Assembly: GCA_964510585.1 (NCBI GenBank)
Contig: CAZECW010000085.1
Location: 1 to 5,298 of the forward strand
Direction: 5' to 3'
Length of the DNA: 5,298 nucleotides
Origin: an uncultured archaeon
GTDB lineage: Archaea; Asgardarchaeota; Jordiarchaeia; Jordiarchaeales; Jordiarchaeaceae
A program made the translations under genes and the position numbers. Below are positions 1 to 5,297 of this stretch, one piece after another (positions within the stretch are counted from its first letter, which is position 1; each line of letters begins with the position of its first letter). The notes beneath the pieces were generated by a model, which made no database searches, had not been told where the DNA came from, and saw nothing but the letters and a program-made list of their open reading frames with translations.

Positions 1-71
1 GCACCCTCATGGGGGCTGCGTCTTGTTTAGCCTCTTAAGCCCAAGCCAAACCCTTCAGCTACCAACAACTA

Positions 72-79
72 TTTATATA
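72..79. promoter_or_regulatory. TATA-box-like element inside the IS end (orientation ambiguous)
   Basis: TTTATATA on plus matches the archaeal TATA consensus. On minus it reads TATATAAA, preceded by purine-rich GAAAGTAGGG. Confidence 0.35.
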
Positions 80-100
80 CCCTACTTTCAAATAAACTTT

Positions 101-146
101 TTGGCGATTCATCCCCACGACTTGAAGTCGGGGGCTTTCTCACCAA
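101..146. repeat. Subterminal imperfect palindrome (IS200/IS605-type hairpin)
   Basis: CCCC(113-116)-A bulge-CGACT(118-122)/TGA loop/AGTCG(126-130)-GGGG(131-134). Outer arms are TTGGCGA (101-107) and TCACCAA (140-146), with one mismatch that is a G-T wobble on the minus strand. Confidence 0.9.
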
Positions 147-274
147 GGTTTTGTAAAATAATACTAGAAATAGAGAATATAGTACTAGAAACCAAAAGAT
201 TTGGATGTGTTCACGGGATTGAAAAGTTAGTTTAATGTAGGTTTTAAAAATATAATAGCTATGGAGGAAGGAAT

Positions 275-1513
275 GTGGTATTTCTCACAAGAGAGGAAGA
301 ACAAATGCTTAATGGGGAATACGGTGCTGCGGCTCAGGAAGCTATGAGTATACTGGTGAAGCTTGCTGAGGCTTACGATGCAGAGAGAATGATCCCGGCT
401 AAGAGTGCACATGTAGCAGCGGGTCTTTTCCTTGAGGAAATTGAGTGGTATGAGAAACTCATTCAGGGAGGAGCCAAGTTCAGGTGTTTCACCACGAGGC
501 ATCCTTGGGGTATTGATTACGACCACTTTGAGGAAGTGGGTACCATATATGGTAACACGCCGGAAATCAAACAGATAGGTGAGCAAATCTTCGGCTACTC
601 TTTAAAAATGGGAGCTATCCCCATGGGTACTTGCATTCAGTATTTGCTGGGGGATTTTCTTATGCCCGGAGATGCTTTCTCCTGGACGGGGTCCTCGGGG
701 GTAGTTTTTGCGAATTCTGTTCTGGGTGCGCGGGGAAACATGGAGGGAGCGGTGACCAACTACTGTGTTGGCATAACGGGAAGAGTTCCAGAGATCCGTA
801 TGCATCTGGATGAGAATAGGAAGGGGCAAGTCCTAGTTGACTGTAGTAAAATAGATTTTAATGGGTTTACGGATGCAGACTATGGAGCCTTAGCATTCCA
901 TGTGGGTAAGGTGGTGGGCGATGAAATTCCAGTATTCGTGGGGCTGCCTAAGAAAATGAACCTAGAACAACTGAGGGCCATAGCTTCTCCGCTTCATGTC
1001 AGTGGAGCAGTACCTATGTTTCACATACCCGGAATCACTCCGGAAGCTCCTACCTTGGAAGCTGCCTCTGGTGGACAAAAGCTGGAAAAAGTACAAGTTG
1101 ACATGGGGGATGTTAAGGCAACTTATGATGAGATAGCCACAACTGGAGGTGACAAGCTAGATATGGTGAACTTTGGGTGCCCACACTTAACCTACAAGGA
1201 GATTAGGGAAATAGCCGAATTTCTGGATGGTAAAAAGGTGCATAAAGATGTGAAGCTTTGGGTGGGAACCTCATACCAAGTGAAAGTTGTGGCTGACCGA
1301 GCGGGCTGGACGCAAAAGATAGAAAATGCGGGAGGCCTTTTGGTAACTAATATCTGCATGGGTCCGGGGGCACCCTTTGCGGCGCGGGGAATGAAAATAG
1401 TGGCAACAAACTCTCCCAGGTCTGCTTATTACGCTTCGGGAGTGGAGCACCTCTACGGAAGCACTAAAGATTGTTTAGAAGCCGCAATTAGCGGCAAATG
1501 GAGGGGTAAATAG
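275..1513 (+). CDS. Aconitase X catalytic (large) subunit, DUF521-type; divergent homologue of phosphomevalonate dehydratase large subunit / cis-3-hydroxyproline dehydratase
   Basis: 412 aa, GTG start with GGAGG at 263-267. Family hallmarks: N-terminal LTREEEQMLNGEYG, SAH, ANSVLGARGN, SGAVPMFHIPGITPEA, GCPH, ATNS. Three Fe-S ligand-position cysteines: C120 (GTC), C302 (GCPH), C361 (NIC). Confidence 0.93.
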   Translation: MVFLTREEEQMLNGEYGAAAQEAMSILVKLAEAYDAERMIPAKSAHVAAGLFLEEIEWYEKLIQGGAKFRCFTTRHPWGIDYDHFEEVGTIYGNTPEIKQIGEQIFGYSLKMGAIPMGTCIQYLLGDFLMPGDAFSWTGSSGVVFANSVLGARGNMEGAVTNYCVGITGRVPEIRMHLDENRKGQVLVDCSKIDFNGFTDADYGALAFHVGKVVGDEIPVFVGLPKKMNLEQLRAIASPLHVSGAVPMFHIPGITPEAPTLEAASGGQKLEKVQVDMGDVKATYDEIATTGGDKLDMVNFGCPHLTYKEIREIAEFLDGKKVHKDVKLWVGTSYQVKVVADRAGWTQKIENAGGLLVTNICMGPGAPFAARGMKIVATNSPRSAYYASGVEHLYGSTKDCLEAAISGKWRGK

Positions 1514-1929
1514 TGTCTATCAGATTGAAGGGACGAGGTTTAGTTAAAGGTAAGGCTGAGGGAGAAGCCCTAGTTTCAAATCAACCAATATCATTTGTGG
1601 GAGGAGTCGATCCCAATACGGGAATAGTGATTGAGAAGGAACATGACATTGAGGGCCAGAGCATCAAAGGGAAGGTGCTCATTTTCCCGTTTGGTAAGGG
1701 AACCACCTATAACCCATTCGCCATATTCGCAATGAAGAAGCGGGGCACCGCACCAGCAGCCATAATAAACGTCAAAACAGAGGAGATAGTGCTCACGGGA
1801 GCCATACTCGCTGAAATACCCTTTATAGACAAGCTGGATAAAGACCCCCTCAAAGTCATAGAAAGTGGCGACTATGTGAAAGTTGATGGAGACACCGGCA
1901 CACTAGAAGTTACAAAGAAAAGGAGTTAA
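1513..1929 (+). CDS. Aconitase X swivel (small) subunit, DUF126-type
   Basis: 138 aa. The GTG start overlaps the upstream TAG stop by 1 nt (TAGTG), with SD-like GGAGGGG at 1500-1506. Family motifs: GKAEGEALVS, ISFVGGVDPNTG, H..GQSIKGKVLIFP.GKG, APAAII, GAILAEIP, GDYVKVDG. Confidence 0.93.
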   Translation: MSIRLKGRGLVKGKAEGEALVSNQPISFVGGVDPNTGIVIEKEHDIEGQSIKGKVLIFPFGKGTTYNPFAIFAMKKRGTAPAAIINVKTEEIVLTGAILAEIPFIDKLDKDPLKVIESGDYVKVDGDTGTLEVTKKRS

Positions 1930-1971
1930 AAACCCACCTTTCTTATCATTCTTCCCATTGCCGGCGAACAG

Positions 1972-2098
1972 TAGACCTCAAACCTTTCCATCCTTCTTTT
2001 CGGTTTCTTAAGGGATTTTAATTTTCAACTCTGTCATAAATATTATAGCACCGCCACAGATTATAATCTCTTACAGTGGTTTTAGTCCTCAAACCTTT
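1972..2098 (+). repeat. 16-bp direct repeat pair (15/16 identical)
   Basis: TAGACCTCAAACCTTT at 1972-1987 and TAGTCCTCAAACCTTT at 2083-2098, 111 bp apart. Confidence 0.8.
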
Positions 2099-2174
2099 TT
2101 TATTAAAATTGGCTTGATGTTGTGCAACACTTTCTGCGTTTGTTTTTGTTTCGGGGTAAGTGTTTTTTTTGGGG

Positions 2175-2188
2175 GGAATTTTTATATC
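2175..2188 (+). promoter_or_regulatory. Candidate BRE/TATA promoter for the AbfD-like gene
   Basis: GGAATTTTTATATC, about 65 nt upstream of the ATG at 2253. The predicted start near 2211 would include the GGAGG at 2239-2243. An alternative TTTATTAA lies at 2099-2106. Confidence 0.35.
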
Positions 2189-2252
2189 GGTTTTTGACGG
2201 TGTTTCTTTCAATACAGTGTGTATTTTAGTTCAGATTTGGAGGATGTCTTGT

Positions 2253-3785
2253 ATGGGTATTAAAACTTTTGAGGACTACTATAATCGCATGTTGAAGATG
2301 AAGCCCAATGTCTACATTGATGGTGAGAAGGTTGATAGGAGTGATCCTAGGATTCGTCCGGGAATGAATGTCATTAAGGAGACTTTTGACCGGGCTAATG
2401 ACCCAGAATATGAAGACTTGTGCACCGCTATTTCGCACTTGACTGGTGAGAAGATAAACAGGTTCACACACATTCATCAGAGTAAAGAGGATCTTCTAAA
2501 GAAGCAGCAGATGACTAGGGTGCTTTGCCACCGGGTGGGTGGTTGCATTCAGCGCTGTATGGGTATTGACGCTATGAATGCCCTATCGGTGGTTACTTAC
2601 GAGATGGATCAAGCTCTAGGTACAGATTACTATAAGAGGTGGGAAAAGTTCTGCAGATATTTCCAGGAGAACGATCTTGTTGGAAACTGTGCACAGACTG
2701 ACACTAAGGGTGACCGTTTAAAGAGACCTCATGAGCAAGCGGACCCAGATCTTTATCTGAGGGTGGTGGAGACCAGGAAGGATGGAATAATTGTTAGGGG
2801 AGCCAAGGTCTGTAATACGGTTGCTCCCTATGCAGATGAGATCATTGCTCTGCCCACCAGATTTATGACCGATAAGGATAGTGACTACGCTGTCGCCTTC
2901 GCTATTCCCGCGGATACTGATGGGGTGAAGCTTCTCGCCAGACCCGCATATCCCCACAGGAGAAAAAAGTTGAGCGCCCCCATTGCGGAGATGGGTGATG
3001 TTGAATCATTCACAGTTTTTGACGACGTTTTTGTCCCCAAGGAGCGGGTCTTCATGAATGGAAACGAGGATCCAAGGGTTACACCTTTTGCAGGATTCCT
3101 AGCGTTGCTGTTCGCCCACTTTCACAGGCATTCTTATACGGGTTGTAAAGCGGCGGCTTCTGAGATACTAGCTAGCATGGCGGCACTCGTAGCAGAGTAT
3201 AACGGTATTGAAAGAGAGAAGCATGTTAGAGAAAAATTGTCTCATATAATAGGTACTGCGGAACTGGTGTTTGCAGCTGGTGAGGCTAGCGCATACCGTG
3301 CTGAGAGAGCTCCGAGTGGCACATATATTCCGGACGAGATTTTGACCAATGCGGGCAGGAGGCTGGCGGGTGAAGAAATATATAATGAGTATAAGATTCT
3401 TGCCGACCTCTCGGGAGGCTTATCAGTTACCTTACCCCTTGAGGGGGACTTCTACAACCCAGAGACGGGGAAACTATTGCACAAGTACATTATGAGGAAC
3501 CCCAAGGTGCCCGCAGAAAATGTGCACCGATGCTTCCGCATGATAGAAACTGCGTTAGGCTCAGAAATATCGGGGCTCATGCAGGTAGCGGGTCTACACG
3601 GTGGAGGCAGTCCCCAGATGGAAACTATAACCATGATGGCGAGATATGATTTGGAGGCCCTGAAGAGCATCGCAAAATACCTGGCAGGAATAGAAAAGGA
3701 GCTACCCCGATACACGCGGGCCACAGTAACGCCCAGAGCCATACTTGAGAGATTCAGACAAATGTATGCCCAAGTGAAAAAATAA
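2253..3785 (+). CDS. 4-hydroxybutyryl-CoA dehydratase / vinylacetyl-CoA isomerase (AbfD)-like FAD- and [4Fe-4S]-dependent protein (HpaB/AbfD family), atypical
   Basis: 510 aa from ATG 2253 (MGIKTFEDY), 9 nt after GGAGG at 2239-2243; the ORF-track start at 2160 adds a T-rich, non-homologous leader. Motifs: INRF, CIQRCMGID (C98, C102), TDTKGDR, DPDLYLRVV, IVRGAK, VFDDVFVP.ERVF, HRHSYTGCK (H291, Y295, C298, K299), GGL..TLP, HGGGSP. Confidence 0.92.
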   Translation: MGIKTFEDYYNRMLKMKPNVYIDGEKVDRSDPRIRPGMNVIKETFDRANDPEYEDLCTAISHLTGEKINRFTHIHQSKEDLLKKQQMTRVLCHRVGGCIQRCMGIDAMNALSVVTYEMDQALGTDYYKRWEKFCRYFQENDLVGNCAQTDTKGDRLKRPHEQADPDLYLRVVETRKDGIIVRGAKVCNTVAPYADEIIALPTRFMTDKDSDYAVAFAIPADTDGVKLLARPAYPHRRKKLSAPIAEMGDVESFTVFDDVFVPKERVFMNGNEDPRVTPFAGFLALLFAHFHRHSYTGCKAAASEILASMAALVAEYNGIEREKHVREKLSHIIGTAELVFAAGEASAYRAERAPSGTYIPDEILTNAGRRLAGEEIYNEYKILADLSGGLSVTLPLEGDFYNPETGKLLHKYIMRNPKVPAENVHRCFRMIETALGSEISGLMQVAGLHGGGSPQMETITMMARYDLEALKSIAKYLAGIEKELPRYTRATVTPRAILERFRQMYAQVKK

Positions 3786-3801
3786 GCCTGAAAAGAGACA
3801 T

Positions 3802-3832
3802 TTGGGGAGACACTTCCCCAATTTTTATTTTT
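3802..3832 (+). terminator. Hairpin plus T-tract, probably the terminator between the convergent genes
   Basis: TTGGGGA (3802-3808) and TCCCCAA (3815-3821) form a perfect 7-bp stem with a 6-nt loop, followed by TTTTTATTTTT, 17 nt after the stop. On the minus strand the hairpin is followed by TGTCTCTTTT, so it may act bidirectionally. Confidence 0.65.
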
Positions 3833-3872
3833 AAAGGGTTTAAACTTGAAGGAGCCTTCTGCCATTTTTTAA

Positions 3873-4043
3873 TCATCTATTTTTGGTTTCATTTTCGTCT
3901 TCCATTAAAAGTTCGATTGCCCATTCGAAGCCACATTTTACGCAGCGGCGACCAACGTAGATGAGGCAATCGGCGCAGACATCTTTCCTTATGAGAATTT
4001 TTTGGTGCTCTGCAACTGCGCCACATCTGGGACATTTATGCAA
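3873..4043 (-). CDS. Small cysteine-rich zinc-ribbon-like protein (56 aa)
   Basis: MHKCPRCG...CADC...RCVKCGFEW with an acidic tail. TTG at 4043 lies 7 nt after a minus-strand GGAGG (4055-4051), so it is a better start than the ORF-track TTG at 4061. Confidence 0.72.
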   Translation of the reverse strand: MHKCPRCGAVAEHQKILIRKDVCADCLIYVGRRCVKCGFEWAIELLMEDENETKNR

Positions 4044-4178
4044 CTTGAAGCCTCCAAGCAAATAACATTTAGATATTTATTTCTTAACTGTTACCATCGA
4101 AAGATGGGTAAACATTAATGGTTTTAGGGGGGAATATTTTTTAATTTCTAAATTGTCTTTCTTATAGCAGTTGGCTTC

Positions 4179-4190
4179 CAAAAATTAATT
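4179..4190 (+). promoter_or_regulatory. Candidate BRE/TATA promoter for the Lrp/AsnC-domain gene
   Basis: CAAAAA followed by TTAATT. The predicted start near 4211 falls just upstream of the AGGAGGG RBS at 4213-4219. Confidence 0.35.
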
Positions 4191-4228
4191 CCCTGTTTTG
4201 ATGGTGTTCTATAGGAGGGTTTTTATAA

Positions 4229-4468
4229 TTGGTTACGTCGGCCTACATTCTTATTAAGACTGCTTCGGGTTTTGAGAAGAAAATTCTTGCAAGTTTGAAG
4301 GAGTTCAGCTCGGTGGAGCATGCGGATCTGGTTTATGGGCTCTACGACATAATAGTTAAGGTAAGGATGAATAATTCGGAGGAGTTGGACTCTTTTATCT
4401 TCGACGTTTTGAGACCCATGCAGGGCGTAGTTGAAACAATGACTTGCATATGCGCACCCGAAAAGTGA
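4229..4468 (+). CDS. Stand-alone Lrp/AsnC ligand-binding (RAM) domain protein, no HTH
   Basis: 79 aa, TTG start after AGGAGGG. The pattern AYILI.T..G.E..IL..L...V..ADLVYGLYDIIVKV......L..FI...LR.MQGVVETMT is the typical AsnC/RAM ferredoxin-like fold. Confidence 0.88.
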   Translation: MVTSAYILIKTASGFEKKILASLKEFSSVEHADLVYGLYDIIVKVRMNNSEELDSFIFDVLRPMQGVVETMTCICAPEK

Positions 4469-4471
4469 ATC

Positions 4472-4501
4472 GGAAAGATTCTTTCCTAAAACTCTTTTTT
4501 T
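4472..4501 (+). terminator. Short hairpin plus T-run after the Lrp-domain gene
   Basis: GGAAAGA-T-TCTTTCC (4472-4486) is a perfect inverted repeat 3 nt after the TGA, followed by a T-run near 4495-4501. It lies between convergent genes. Confidence 0.5.
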
Positions 4502-4537
4502 AATTATTTCTCGAAGGCATTTTTCAAGTGTTGTTGG

Positions 4538-4969
4538 CTACCAGCGATAGGAGAATAACTCGGAGTCCATGAATTTTTTAGCCCACTTCACATAGACTAC
4601 TTTTTCTAGTTTTTCCACTTCTCTTTGAGTTGTTTCGTACTGCTCTATTCTCAGCATTTTTGAAGCTCTCAGCATGCCCAGCCACACATCAATTTTTTTC
4701 TCAGCTTCCTCTACAGAAATGCGGTCCCCTTCTATTTTATTTATAATTTTAAGAATTTCCTTCTCCAAGAGTCTGGAGAGGGTCGCGCCGAAAATGATAT
4801 CTTCTTTGGTCAAATTTCCACTTTTTTCCCGTTTTTTGAACTCTTCCACTATTGACTCTAGCTTGACCTCTTTACCGTTTATCTGTACGGTTTCGGGGAT
4901 GGCGGCGCTGGTGTATGAAAAAGGGCTGGAGAGTCTATTTATGATTTTTTGCTTCTTTGATTTTTGCAT
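4538..4969 (-). CDS. Conserved archaeal hypothetical protein, DUF5788-like
   Basis: 143 aa, ATG preceded by GGGGG. The pattern K.KII.RL......IPET.QINGKEVKL..IV.E...., IS.EEAE..I...LGM.RA..., and the C-terminal W.KF resembles the halophile/methanogen DUF5788 family as I recall it. Confidence 0.7.
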   Translation of the reverse strand: MQKSKKQKIINRLSSPFSYTSAAIPETVQINGKEVKLESIVEEFKKREKSGNLTKEDIIFGATLSRLLEKEILKIINKIEGDRISVEEAEKKIDVWLGMLRASKMLRIEQYETTQREVEKLEKVVYVKWAKKFMDSELFSYRW

Positions 4970-5174
4970 GTTGGCCCCCAGTATACTATTCGCAGAGTGT
5001 AGAAAAGAATTACGATTATATTTACATAAGTTTTGAAAAAATCAGCAACAATTAATATTAAATTGCCAACAAACCCCAAAAACAGGCACAAAAAAGCAAG
5101 TAATAAACAAAAATTCCAACCAATCAAAGCCCCCATTCCGTCTATAAGGAGAAAAAAAGACACTATGTTCCTCG

Positions 5175-5297
5175 TTAGTGAATGGGGGTGATTAGGGTTA
5201 TGCGGTCTAGTCTGAAGGTTCGCTTCCTGTTCTTCAGGTAGCAGTAGGCTTCAACGTACTGTTCCCTACGTCTTCTGCCGAATCTGTGGATTTTGAG
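5175..5297 (-). CDS. WYL-domain protein, C-terminal fragment (5' end outside the window)
   Basis: My translation is LKIHRFGRRRREQYVEAYCYLKNRKRTFRLDRITLITPIH*, with stop TAA at 5177-5175. YVEAYC...RTFRLDRI is the signature C-terminal motif of WYL domains. It is not in the ORF track because the start is missing. Confidence 0.82.
   Translation of the reverse strand, partial: LKIHRFGRRRREQYVEAYCYLKNRKRTFRLDRITLITPIH

Larger units (their letters stand above)
1..152 (-). mobile_element. Left end of an IS200/IS605-family (IS608-like) insertion sequence; the element continues beyond position 1
   Basis: The minus strand reads TTAC|AAAACCTTGGTGAGAAAG-CCCCCGACTTCAAGTCGTGGGG-ATGAATCGCCAA. This is a TTAC tetranucleotide (plus 153-156), an AAAG at +15..+18 directly 5' of an imperfect GC-rich hairpin, and complementary flanks. 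The layout matches my recollection of the H. pylori IS608 left end (TTAC|CAAAAC...AAAG-CCCCTAGCTTTTAGCTATGGGG-AT). No transposase or TnpB coding sequence is identifiable inside the window. Confidence 0.72.

Noticed and set aside
1-146. IscB/IsrB omega-RNA or CRISPR repeat interpretation of the left-end palindrome
   Set aside because: There is a single palindrome with no repeat-spacer array, and only about 100 nt lie between the hairpin and the window edge, too little to support an omega-RNA scaffold. The TTAC/AAAG layout fits an IS608-type left end better.
23-235. 70-aa plus-strand ORF
   Set aside because: It reads through the IS hairpin and AT-rich intergenic DNA, has no RBS and no recognisable domain. 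IHPHDLKSGAF is simply the translated palindrome.
227-829. Antisense or alternative-frame ORFs 227-586, 602-829 and 631-813
   Set aside because: They overlap the well-supported AcnX large subunit and have no motifs; they are shadow ORFs.
275-1929. Confident call as phosphomevalonate dehydratase of the archaeal mevalonate pathway
   Set aside because: Several substrate-binding and catalytic motifs differ, and no other mevalonate-pathway genes are in the window.
2018-2212. 64-aa minus-strand ORF in the intergenic region
   Set aside because: Its low-complexity K/T/N content mirrors the T/G-rich plus strand, it overlaps the likely promoter of the AbfD-like gene, and it has no recognisable domain.
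2160-2252. Extended N-terminus of the AbfD-like ORF from the ORF track
   Set aside because: No homology before MGIKTF; GGAGG at 2239-2243 supports ATG 2253.
2226-3865. Antisense ORFs 2226-2477, 2718-2957 and 3452-3865
   Set aside because: They lie opposite the AbfD-like gene, have no motifs, and the last one crosses the terminator hairpin.
4674-5036. 120-aa plus-strand ORF
   Set aside because: Antisense shadow of the DUF5788-like gene, with S/F-rich composition typical of reverse-read E/K-rich coding DNA.
5049-5065. AT-only palindrome TTAATATTAA (5052-5061)
   Set aside because: Expected by chance in very AT-rich spacer DNA; there is no independent support for an operator.
4939-5163. 74-aa hydrophobic minus-strand ORF
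   Set aside because: The hydrophobicity is explained by T-rich intergenic sequence, and it overlaps the DUF5788-like start and probable promoter. A small membrane protein cannot be fully excluded but is unsupported.
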